A DNA stretch of 64,000 nucleotides. Origin: Somniosus microcephalus. Lineage: Eukaryota. The notes beneath the pieces are model-generated. The model searched no databases. It was not told the DNA's origin and saw nothing but the letters and a program-made list of their open reading frames with translations. Position numbers and translations under genes: made by a program. Of the stretch, positions 47,734 to 59,172 are shown in pieces; position 1 is the stretch's first letter, and each line of letters opens with the position of its first letter. The stretch is taken from the NCBI GenBank assembly GCA_052327205.1, contig CM126207.1, forward strand, positions 227,912,001 to 227,976,000, given 5' to 3'.

Positions 47734-50090
47734 GTAACATTGTTTGCCGAGAACTGTAAAAGCATTTGTGAGAAAAAATGCCCTTTACTTCATCAGACTT
47801 GACAAAAGCCATTTCTCTCTGACAGCTGTATTTATGGGTTAAATCAGTACATTTATCCCAGTCAAAGCTTCCATTAAGCATTGGTTTACAGAGCCTAACA
47901 GATCTTAACTAGTTTTGACATTTCCACAGCTACTATATGGAAATCTGATTTAATACAAAACAGCTCATCTCATTCCCTAATAAAATTTGAGAGGTCAGTT
48001 CACAGTTGTGAACTGAAGATATGTCACCAGGTCGAAGGTGGGTATGATTTTTGGTTTATTTAGACTGGTATTTAAGATTAATTGACTAATATTCCATTGT
48101 TGTATATTTCTTGCTATTTGTCGTCCTCCCCGCCTACCCACCCCCATGATAGTTTATAGTGCTGTAACTGCCAATGTTAAACAGCGTTAAAATCTGGAGT
48201 AACTGTGAAGATATTCAGCTTTCCCCTGTACCTGATCATCTTTGGTTAACCGCTAGCACTGGATGAATGAGACAGCCTGTTCCTTTTTTTTTCAGCACTA
48301 CAAATGGCAAACATAAGGCTCGTAGGATCAGAGGAGGGGGTGGGTGGACGGTTGAGGTCGGGGGTGCTGGTGGGGGTAGGGGGGTGGGGTGGAGGATGCA
48401 TCAAAAGGTAAACTTGATCTTGTCCTCATCCAGTATCCATCAGCATTCTCTTGCAGCAGAGATAATTGAAAACAATCAGGGAACCCTGGCCAACTTGTGT
48501 CAGTTCCCAGGATATCTGTTACCTTAATTGTGGATTAGAGTCCTGTCCTTGGTTGGCAATATTCTGACGCAGTACACCTAACAAGCATATATCAAGAGCA
48601 ATTAACAACATGGCCATCTTGGCACTGAAGCAGCAGGTAAATGATATACCCAGCATTATGATAGAATATATACAGCAAGCATTGAAAGGTGGTCCCTGCC
48701 ACAGCAATTTCCACGGCTACAAATAGACTGACTTCATCTGATAGCAGTTTTTCTATTAATACAACTAATGTTAAATACACTACTGCCTACTTGGGGAAGA
48801 ATAGGCCTGTCATCCTTATACCAGCAGTGCTTAGAGCTGTCACTTCAAAAAAATTCTGCTCTGCGCTGAGAGATTAAGTGGAAACAGAATGAAATCTCAT
48901 TGAAATAAAGCTGTTAGAATTAACGAAATTACACAGAGATGCACCAAATAAACAGTAAATTGCTGTCAAAGACTGGATTCAGTGCCTGATCATTTCCATT
49001 TAAAACTGCCAAGACTGTCCTCATCATCCCTGGAGCAGCCTGTCCAGATCTTGTTTCTGAATGTTGGCAGGTGCCCTTTGAATGGTCTGAGTTAAAAGCT
49101 TAAGGAAAATGTTTATGCATATTTGGAATTGATGCTGTATCAGTAATGCCGCATGCAAATTTTGAATTTAATAGTTTTATTTCATGGAAAGATTACACAA
49201 ACTCTACAGAAAACTGTTGAAGTAAATAATTAATGGGACTAAAAGTCAACAAATCCCCTAGACCTGATGGCCTACATCCTAGGGTTATAAAAGAGGTAGC
49301 TACAGAGATAGTGGATGTATTGGTTTTGATCTTCCAGAATTCCCTATATTCTAGAATGGTCCCTGTAGATTGGAAGGTAGCAAACGTAACCCCGCTATTC
49401 AAGAAAGGAGGGAGAGAGTAAACTGCGAACTATAGGCCAGTTAGCCTGACTTCAGTAGCAGGGAAAAGCACTAGAATCCATTATTAGGGACATGGTAACA
49501 GAGCACTTAAAAAATCATAGAGAGTCAACATGGAATTATGAAAAAGAAATCGTGTTTGACAAATCTAATAGAATTTTTTGAGGTTGTAACTAGCAGGGTA
49601 GATAAGGGGAGAACAGTGGATGTAATGTATTTTGATTTTCAAAAAGCATTCGATAAGGTGCCACAACAGGTTATTATACAAGATTAGAGCTCATGGGATT
49701 GGGGGTAATATATTAGCATGGATCGAGAATTGGTTAACAAACAGAAAACAGAGAGTAGGAATAAACGGGTCATTTTCGGGTTGGCAGGCTGTAACTAGTG
49801 GGGTACCACAAGGATCAATGCTTGGGCCTCAACTATTTACAATCTATATCAATGACTTAGATGAGGGGACCGAGTGTAATGTATCCAAGTTTGTTGATAA
49901 TATAAAGTTAGGTGGGAAAGTAAGCTGTGAGGAGGATGCAAAGAGGCTGCAAAGGGATATAGACAGATGAAGTGTGTGGGCAAGAACACGGCAGATGGAA
50001 TATAATGTGGAAAAGTATGAAGTTATCCACTTTGGTAGAAAAAATAGAAAGGCGGAATATTTTTAAAATACTGAGAGACTGGGAAATGTT

Positions 50091-51034
50091 GGGCTTGATC
50101 TTGCCGGCGCTCTGAGGGTGGGTTTGGAGGTGGGTCCGCTGTCAAAATAGCAAAGATTGACAGCAAAGTTATGTCTCAACATTCACTGGAACTCAGTAAG
50201 AAACTTCTCAAGGTGCGCACAGATTTGTCCAATAAGGGTCAGTTTTGGAAGAATAGATTTCACTGTATGACAACACATTACCAGAAACTTCACATGGACA
50301 TTGGCTAAACCTCTCAAGTTTATGCTTGTTAGTTGGTATGCTTGCAGTAGGATGAGGGTGAGTGTGAGGGGTGGCTAGTGAGATGGGGAAGTGATAATGT
50401 AGATAGAGAGGTTTGGGTGGAGGTGCAAGGTAAGTTGGTGTGAGTAAAGATGTGCAGGAGAAGGGTATGGAAGGCAGAGTGACGGGGATGTGTTGAGTGG
50501 CACAGGAGGATGAGTTTGAGTGTGGCTTTGCAGTAATGTTTTGCGATCCATTGAGATCATTGAAAGGTTTGCACCACTGCAGTAAGGACCCCTGATGACA
50601 CCCCTGCTTGTGTCCTGCTGTGCAATGTGCAACCAGGCTGCGTTGATCTCCTGGGGCGGTCTCTTCCTCCCTGAATGCTGTAACTCCCTCCATAAGCATA
50701 TGGAGGGAGTCATTGGAGAGCCTGGGTGCAACCGTGCATCTCTGTGTAATGCTTGTCAGTGTTTGCAGCACCTCAATGCTGTCAAACACTGACAGAACAA
50801 CTGTCAAACTCAATGTGGCCGTGGTCCTTTTAAGGAACCTGTCTGATGACACATCATCAAATTACGTCATCAGACCCGCTTCCTGTTAATTGTCCGGGAA
50901 GCCCGCAGGGCGGGCTTAACGAGGCCAATCAAGGGAAAATCCCTTTGACCGAACGGCTGTAGCCGGGAGCAGGACCGGAACCCGGCAACCAGCTCTCCCG
51001 CCACCATCCCAACGCCGCCGAGAAAATCCAGCCC
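50091..51034 (-). mobile_element. Non-autonomous Harbinger derivative with Myb remnant, nested in CR1
   Basis: TIRs gggcttgatcttg / gaaaatccagccc, TSD gtt/att. Reverse strand VAPRLSNDSLHMLMEGV...AAWLHIAQ...QWCKPFNDL. Confidence 0.82.
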
Positions 51035-51482
51035 ATTGTTATTCAGAGGGACCTGGGTGTCTTTGTACACGAATCACTGAAAGCTAACATGCAGGTACAG
51101 CAAGCAATTAGGAAAGCAAGTGGTCCTCTTTTTATATAGGAAAGCAAGTGGTATGTTAACCTTTATTACAAAAGAATTGGAGCATAAGAGTAAAGAAGTC
51201 TTATTCCAATTATATAGGGCCTTGGTGAGACCACATCTGGAGTACTGTGTACAGATTTGGTCACCTTACCTAAGGAAGGATATACTTGCCACAGAGGCTC
51301 ATTAGACTGATTCCTGGGATGAGGGGATTGTCCTATGAGGAGAGATTGAGTAGACTAGGCCTATATTCCCTAGCGTTTAGAAGATTGAAAGGTGATCTCA
51401 TTGAAACATATAAAATTTTTACAGGGTAAATGCTAGGAGGATGTTTTCCCTGGCTGGGGAGTCTAGAACTAGGGGTCACAGT

Positions 51483-51609
51483 CAATTTTCCCTGTAAGCT
51501 GTGCGGCAGATCCCACGCAGCTGGCTTGCCGGGTTTAAGTAGAAATACTGAGCATGCGTGGTATTTTGAATGGGTTGCACGGCCGGAAAAAAAATTACAG
51601 GGAACATTG
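51483..51609. mobile_element. 127-bp hAT-superfamily MITE
   Basis: 15-bp TIRs caattttccctgtaa / ttacagggaacattg (1 mismatch) and a perfect 8-bp TSD gtcacagt (51475-51482, 51610-51617). Confidence 0.9.
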
Positions 51610-51727
51610 GTCACAGTCTCAGAATAAGGGGTCGGCAATTTAGGACAGAGATGAGGAGAAAAATTTTTTTACTCTGAGGGTTGTGAATCTTTGGAATTAT
51701 CTACCCCAGAGAGCTGTGGATGCTCAG

Positions 51728-52166
51728 TTTTTTTAAAATTTGTTTATGGCATGTGGGCATCGCTGGCAAGGCCAGCATTTATTGCCCATCCCTACTTGCC
51801 CTCAAGAAGGTGGTGGTGAGCTGCCTTCTTGAACCGCTGCAGTCCGTGTGGCGAAGGTACTCCCACAGTGCTGTTGGGGAGGGAGTTCCAGGATTTTGAC
51901 CCAACGACGATGAAGGATCGGCAATATATTTCTATGTCAGGATGGTGTGTGACTTGGAGGGGAATTTGGAGGTGGTGGTGTTTTCATGCGCCTGCTGCCC
52001 TTGTCCTTCTAGGTGGAAGAGGTCGCGGGTTTGGGAGGTGCTGCCGAAGAAGCCTTGGCAAGTTGCTGCAGTGCATCTTGTAGATGGTACACACTGCAGC
52101 TATGGTACGCTGGTGGTGGAGGGAGTGAATGTTTAAGGTGGTGGATGGGGTGCCAATCAAGCGGGC
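51728..52166 (-). mobile_element. 3' fragment of the second LINE family, nested in CR1
   Basis: Poly-T start, then catgtgggcatcgctggcaaggccagcatttattgccc; homologous to 39800-40110. Confidence 0.85.
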
Positions 52167-53269
52167 TGTATATTCAAGACAGAGATCGATAGATTTTTGG
52201 ATACTAAGGGAATCAAGGGATATGGAGATAGTGTGGGAAAGTGGAGTTGAGGTAGAAGATTAGCCATGATCTTATTGAATGGTGGAGCAGGCTCGAAGGG
52301 CCAAATGGCCTACTCCTGCTCCTATTTCTTATGTTCCTATGTTCATATGTAATTTATTTTCTTTTAAAGGGGTGACAAAAGGGTCTTGTTTATACACAAT
52401 AGACTGCTTAACAAATTGCCCGTTGTGTCTGATGTTGGAAATATATAATTTATTTCTACTTCCAACGCCGCTCTTCTCCTAAAGAGGGTGGGAATGATTT
52501 TCTTGTCCTCTGTCCACCTGGGCACCAGGCAGGTGGCGTAAATTCAAAATGAGTTCACTTTCAATTACTTGAACCTGTTTGAATTTGCGAGTTCAGATCA
52601 TTATCATGCATCCGATGCAGACCTGCCATCTGGCAGGGCCTTGGACCTAGGAATGGGCCAGAAATGCAGCCATTGCTGCTGACCTGAGAGTCTTGCAGCA
52701 GCAGGAATGGCCATTGGCATCCGGATCTTCAGGCTGTTCTCCAAAAACTGCAGCCAAAAGGCCTCCAGGCCCAAAGATCGCCAACGAGGCTAAAAAAAAA
52801 GCTTTCACTTAACTTTTTAGGCCTCCCTGACTTTGCTGCCTGCTTAACATGGGAGCCGGCAGCAAGCCCGACCACCTGCGGGTCCTCTATTGGTGAAGCT
52901 GGAGGGAAATGAGCCTGGAGACCCATCCTACCTCATTTCCACGGTTGTCCTTTGCTTGCACCTGCTCCAGGCTCAAACACTCTGCCCCCCGCGCCCCACC
53001 CCCCCTCACTTCCGGGGAAATCCCAGGACAGCATAAAGGGGATGGAGACTGAGCATCGTGGGTCCCTGCTCCCTTTTCATCTCCTTGCAAAGGCAGCCAC
53101 TTGGGTGCGCTATCAGATGGGTGTCAGTGAGCAGGTCTTCGGGAACAAGGGAAAATGAGAATAGAGAGAGAAAGAGTAATAAATAAGACTTTTTTTTACC
53201 TCTCTGATTCTTCCCCTTACTCCATCCATCTGCATCTGCTCCCACATCCATTTGTTCCCTTTTCCTTCA

Positions 53270-53675
53270 GTCACCTATCTAAGCTATTTTTCAATGCTGA
53301 CATGGTCTCTGCTTCAATAACTAACTCCACCAGCACATTCCACAGCCTCAATACCCTCTGTGTAAAAAAGCTTCTTTTGCTCTCTGTCCTAAATCACATT
53401 CATTTAATCATATCTATATCCATATCCCCTCATTCTAGACTTCTCAATCACTGGAACAGTCCGTTTCTATCTACTTTATAATTTTAAACAACTCTATCAA
53501 ATCACCCGTTAATTTCCTCTGTCGTAACAAAAACAGCCCAATTTTTCTTGTCTTTCCTCATATTTGTATTTCTTCATACCAGGCAACATCCTAGTGAATC
53601 TGAATTGTATCCTCTCTATTGCCGTAACATCCTTCCTATAGCATGGAGCCCAAAACTGGGCACAGTACTCTAACT
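53270..53675 (-). mobile_element. Decayed CR1 fragment
   Basis: LEYCAQFWAPCYRKDVTAIERIQFRFTRMLPGM. Confidence 0.85.
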
Positions 53676-54983
53676 TTATTTTAATGATGACAATACGTTC
53701 ATGCCCCATACAATGCTATTTTCGTCCCCCTCCTGATACTCAGATGCTGTAAACTCTGTGTAACTAGTACTTTTTCTACCTATTCCCCTTAGTTATCTGT
53801 CAGTCTAAATAGCAATATGTCAGTGAAGTAAATATTTCATATTCTAACTCAGTGGGTAAAATGTCTACTGATGCTATGTACTCTGGATGACCTCTGTTTC
53901 AATAAAAAGTATATTATAGAACATTTTAACACAGAAGTACATCCAATATTTAATAGCCATCTGTCATCCATTATGCCATGACCAGTCTAAATATATAGTC
54001 AAGTGCTTTTAGCTGCAGTGGGCAGAACTCACCAGTACATTGATGAAAATGTCACAATGTGCAGTATTGATGGATTTTGGCACATTGTGGATTTTAATAT
54101 GGGTGAATGAATGGACATCAGAATGCAGTGCATCTGTTTTGGTACATTTTACCTCAATAATTAAAGCCAACACAGAACTCACCCATATCTTCTGGCAGGG
54201 ATATTTAGTTTTCCTGTTCATTATTTCTCCACATTATATCATGTTTTAAAAATACTGGTATTGCCATAAAGCATTTATAATCCGTACTGAACTACCATCC
54301 TGGGCACATTCATTGTGCTTTTGTGATTGACTAAATAATTAAGGAAGGCATAGGCCTTCCTGTGAGTCATGCTGATTTAAGTGTGCGCTTGCTAAAAGCA
54401 CTGTGAGTAAGTCTCCGAGAATTCAATGTCTGATCATTTTGGGAGAGTGCAGATAATGTATAGTAGAACAACTATAAAGGTTTAGTAAGCTCCATTATTC
54501 TACATTACTTCGATTTCCTAAAGACTTGTTATAAACTGGAGCCGTGTAGCTGTGAGCGTATCAGGATAAATCACTTTCTATGGTTTTTCCAATAATGGAT
54601 GCAATTTCTCTCCAAAGGTTGGTAATTATTTTCCGTCATTCTGCACAGTCAACTACATGCACAGTTTTATAGCTGATTCATAAAACCCAAGATGACTAAT
54701 GGAGTTGCATTTTACATCAATTAAGGATCCTGATACACAATTAAGTAACGACATAACCACTTAAAACTACATGCATTTTTCTCCTCTAACTTTTCGTTGA
54801 ACTGTGAAGAAAATGATGCCCTTTCTTGGTACATAGATGAATTACTTAAGATAAAAATGAAAAATATTCTGATTGTATTATGTGAACCCAAATTTAATTT
54901 CACCATTACTTAGTTATTACATTTAATAGTAAAATTCATACATTTAGAAAGAATTGTAGTTGGCACAGTAGTGCTGAGGGACG

Positions 54984-55218
54984 AGAGTAGATTTTTAGTC
55001 TTTACTGCTTGGGCATTAAGCATCACCTAGGCATGGTGCGGAGAGAAAAATCGGAGAAATGGATCCCATGACTCTTAGAGGGATTGCCTGATTTTCCTTC
55101 CAATAATTTAAACTGAAGCAAAATCGGGCGGGTTCTATTACCGGAGTGCGAATCCTCCAGCTAGATTTTCTAGCAAGGTGAATCTTAATGCCCAGGTGGT
55201 TAAGATGAAAATCTCTTT
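54984..55218. mobile_element. Old palindromic MITE
   Basis: About 40-bp imperfect inverted arms: agatttttagtctttactgcttgggcattaagcatcacct / aggtgaatcttaatgcccaggtggttaagatgaaaatct. Confidence 0.6.
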
Positions 55219-55900
55219 CATTGTCTATACATTGGGTTCTAATTCCAATGGTGGCTGGTACTTAAAGCAGCTAATCATACACTACTTTGTTTGTTTAAAG
55301 CATGTCTGATCCATTTTGAATCTAGTGAGTCTTCAAGGAATGACATTTGGCATAATTCCTCAGTCGTGTTACTAGAAAAATACCTAATTGGCCTCAACAT
55401 AAAAAATTTTATAGCACATCCCTTCAACAGCTTCAATGTATGTTTTCCTTGCCCAATTTAATCATAAGTGGACAGCATTGTCTACTTTTATTATTTGCTA
55501 TTTATTAGTTAAATCTTGGGGTCAAATAGGACCTCTGGTTATAGTTTCATTTTGGAGGCGTGTCGGGCAAGATTTAATTCCTGTAGTAAAATAAGACAGT
55601 GACATAGGTTAATTGTCATTGCTATCCTGTCAGCTCTGACCATTCAGCCAACTTCTATATCAATGACATACTGGCAATGCAGACTCAGAAGGCACTATTA
55701 AACCACCATGCAGACCAAAGTGCCAAATGTGATTAAGGTGATCAATTTAATTCCCAGCACAATAATTACCTTCAATTAATTTCTCACCTAAGTGTCAATG
55801 TCAACCTGAAATAAAAACAGAAAATGCTGGAGATACTCAGATCAGGCAGCATCTCTGAAGAGAGAAACAGAGTTAACGTTTCAGGTCGATGAGCAGAACT

Positions 55901-55928
55901 CTGATGAAAGGTCATCGACCTGAAACGT
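55901..55928 (+). ncRNA. Minimal hammerhead ribozyme core in the PLE (disrupted by MITE insertion)
   Basis: CTGATGA-a-AGGTC-atc-GACCT-GAAA-CGT(T): both conserved hammerhead boxes flank a 5-bp helix II. Confidence 0.65.
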
Positions 55929-55929
55929 A

Positions 55930-56784
55930 GGGGTAGATTTTCATAAAGCTGTCGGGAAGGAGGCGGGACTACAACTTTCAGGTTTTAGTCCCGCCTACAT
56001 CGACGTTCGGCCAATCTGCGCGATTTTCCCTTGACTGACCTTGTTAAGCCCGCCCAGCGGGCTCAGCAGGCCAATTAAGGGCCACCCGGCAACAGGTGAC
56101 GTCACAGACTGAAATTTCATCTGTCAAGAGGTCTTGACAGATGAAATATCAGTGTTTCACAGCTGTTTGAAGCTGTCAAACACTGACAGTCTGGCTTCCA
56201 ACCTGAGTCCTTCTACGCAGACTCAGTTAGAAGTCTCACCGGCAATGAAAGCTGAAGGCTGTCACTTTTGACAGATCGCAGCCATTTTGCTTTCAGTGCC
56301 GGCTGAGTGATGGACTCCCGAAACCTAGCGGAGGAAAGGCTGTTAAGGTAAGTACAGGTAATTTAAACTTCTTTACACACTTTAGATACACCAAATACAC
56401 TTACCTTTGCACTCATGCACCCATCACTCACCTGAACACCAACATCGCGACCCCTCCAAGTCCTTCAACCCGACGGCCCGCCTGCTCTAACGTGGCGTGG
56501 TTTGGAGCCGTCGGGAATCCCACACGACACCCCTCAAAATAGGAATTAGGCTCAAAACTGCCTGTTAACTACCTGTTAACAGGCAGTTAATTGGCACTAA
56601 TCCCTACCCGCCTCGGGTCGGCGGGTCCCAGTGCGGGGTGGGTACCCGCCTCCCCTGAAACTTACGTGGAGGCGGGTTTTGGGTGGGATGGTGTCGAGAC
56701 CCCTGAAATCGGGATTTCCCCCCCCCCCCCCCCAACACACGCCTGAAACCCCACACGCCTGACGGCTCCAGGAAAATCGGGGCC
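55930..56784. mobile_element. Harbinger-type MITE
   Basis: TIRs ggggtagattttc / gaaaatcggggcc, TSD gta/gtt, internal hairpins (~56104-56153, ~56563-56591). Confidence 0.8.
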
Positions 56785-58021
56785 GTTAACTCTGTTTCTC
56801 TCTTCACAGATGCTGCCTGACCTGCTGAGTATCTCCAGCATTTTCTGTTTTTATTTCAGATTTCCAGCATCTGCAGTATTTTCTTTTTGTGTCAATGTCA
56901 ACCCATGGTTTCCTACTTATGAGGAGGCTTACTGACTCTACTACTCCTACGATGTGGTCCCGTAGTTTCCTCAGCAAAGCCGGTGGTAGGCTGCTGTTCC
57001 TCATGTTAAAACACTAGAGATGCTTGTGGCTGGCAAATTCTGGGTGCTCGAGCCTGTGATTGCCCGGCTGCAGACTGCTGCACCTTGACTGCTGTGAGGG
57101 CAGTCTGGTCCATTTGACATCTTGGCACCATAGTGGCTATTTGTTGAGGGGTAGTAAAGGAGCAGACATGCTGACACGGCAGTGGACTTCTCCATATATT
57201 CAGTCATAGTGTTGAAACTCCGTGGCAGACCTTCCAATACATTGTTTAACCTCTTGTGAGAGGCAAGCAGTTTTCTTTTCATGGCTGGGCCCCTGAAGTT
57301 CTCATCTCTGTCCTGCTCAGCAGAGCTGGGAGAGGACCTCACCCTCTAACCAGTTCTCTCCTGGGCTGTCTCACCAGTACCTGCTCCTGCTCACTTGTGC
57401 TGGGTTTTCCACCATGTGCAGCCCCCTCTATCTCATTCACACAAAGTCCCAATATTTGTGCTGGTACTTGAAAGGGATGGAGTGCGTGACGGTGCATCCT
57501 CAGGATTGTCCTCCTCCGAGGTGTCTTCAGCAGGGCCCAAGTGTTGAGAAGGACCTAGAGGAGGAAAGAAAAAGGGGACGAGGTGGATGGTACTGAGAGG
57601 CTGTATATTAGCAGATGACAGTCTTCAGAATGCAGCTTCGAGTTGTGAAGCATGCTGAATATTTGCTGAGGTGATTGAAGGGTTACAAGTAATATATAGA
57701 CACCCTTGCCTTCCCTGTGCCACTAATCTCCAGGGCTTTGTACTCCACTTGGGTAAGGGCTATGATGCCTAATACTCCTCCCCCAGTCTTGCTGCTATCC
57801 ATCGCATTATTTGCTCTCTTGTCCTGCAGAAAGATAGAGTGAGAGGTAGTGAGTGGCTGTTGAAAAGGTAAGTGGAGATATGTGGCACTTGTGCTATAGT
57901 GCATGTCCTGAAAGCTGGAGAAGAAGCAAGGTGGAATGAGAAAGCCAAATGTGTGCAATGTGAAGTGAGGAAGGAGACTCTGGTTGTGCAAGTAGTAAAA
58001 TGTAAGAAGAAAATGCTGTTA

Positions 58022-58287
58022 CATAGTATAACATAGTATTACAGCACAGAAACAGGCCATTCGACCCAACAGGTTGATGCCGGTGTTTATGCTCCACACG
58101 AGCCTCCCCGCACCCTTCTTCATCTAACCCCATCAACATATCCTTCTATTCCTTTCTCCCTCATGTGTTTATCTAGCTTCCCCTTAAATGCATGTACGCT
58201 AGTCACCTCAACTACTCCTTGTGGTTGCAAGTTCCACATTCTAACAAATCTCTGGGTAAAGAAGTTTCTCCTGAATTCCCTATTGGA
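58022..58287 (-). mobile_element. CR1 3' tail fragment
   Basis: acagcacagaaacaggccattcgaccc...gagttccacattct-like...ctctgggtaaagaagtttctcctgaattccc. Confidence 0.85.
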
Positions 58288-58474
58288 TTGAGTGTGTGAT
58301 GTGAAGAGAGCAAAGGAAGAGGTGTGTGTGTTTGGAATGAGAAAGAGAGGTTTTGCAACAAGCCCTCATGATTGTATGTTGAAGAATGTGATGGAGTGAG
58401 AGAACTGTTGCGAGTGGTGGGGGAGGGGGTGAAAGGAGTGTTGCAGGTGTTGTTGAGAGAGATGGAGAAATCAA

Positions 58475-59172
58475 GGCCTAGAAATTCAGTCGCGTTTGCG
58501 CCCACTTATTGGCTAAAGAGTGGTTTGCGCCGGAAGTTTTTTAGTGCCCGAAATTCAGTTGGTCCCTAAAATCGACGTTAGCCGGTAGCGCTGCGCCGGC
58601 ACCGATGACGTCATCGGTATGCGCAGCGCCCCGGTTCCAACGCGATTCCGTGCCGACGGCCAAATTCAGTTGCGACCGCCTCGCCCGTAGCGGCCGCAAA
58701 CAGCGTTTGAAAAACGGGGCCTTGCAGCTCCGAGAGGCCGGCGCATAAAGGTGGAGGGGCGGCTGGCTGCTTTCCCGGCGGCCGCCTGGCCGCACCTCCC
58801 TCCCCGGACTCCTGCACCACCCCCCCGCGGCATTGGTGTCTGACTCCCGCGAGCCTGGCACTTCTCCGTGGTGCCGGGCTCATTTGCCGGGGGAATCCAG
58901 CGGCGATCTCACGGCTGCAGGCAGCTCCTCCTTAAGAGAAGGAGGAGGCCTGCAGTACCCCAGCCTGCCGCACCGCATCGGGTGCCGCAGCGGCAGCTGG
59001 ACGCCTGAAATTGACTTTCATCGCCCCAAGCGAGGCGGCCAAACCCTGCAATAGCGCCCGCCTCCGTCTTGGGGCGCCGCAACTGAATTTCAGGCGGGCG
59101 CTACGGGAATCCGGGAGAGCGCTAAATTTCAGGCGCTAAAGACCTGGCGCGGCGATAGCGAATTTCTAGGCC
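58475..59172. mobile_element. Young GC-rich Harbinger MITE
   Basis: Perfect 13-bp TIRs ggcctagaaattc / gaatttctaggcc, TSD CAA/CAA, CpGs largely intact, repeated AAATTCAGT motif. Confidence 0.92.

Larger units (their letters stand above)
49205..52345 (+). mobile_element. CR1 LINE (RT to 3' tail) interrupted by nested insertions
   Basis: [57 protein letters not shown] and the 3' tail (ttctatgttcctatg). The CR1 sequence resumes across each insert. Confidence 0.93.
55807..56888. mobile_element. Inverted-repeat Penelope-like terminal insertion interrupted by a MITE
   Basis: 55807-55892 is the reverse complement of 55912-55928 plus 56785-56859. Perfect 15-bp TSD gtgtcaatgtcaacc at 55792-55806 and 56889-56903. 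Confidence 0.88.

Noticed and set aside
50208-50852. 214-aa minus-strand ORF
   Set aside because: Chance frame across a frameshifted Harbinger Myb remnant and its low-complexity intron.
58541-59054. Overlapping GC-rich ORFs and CpG-island-like sequence
   Set aside because: Lies wholly within a TIR/TSD-bounded MITE; stop-poor because of high GC.
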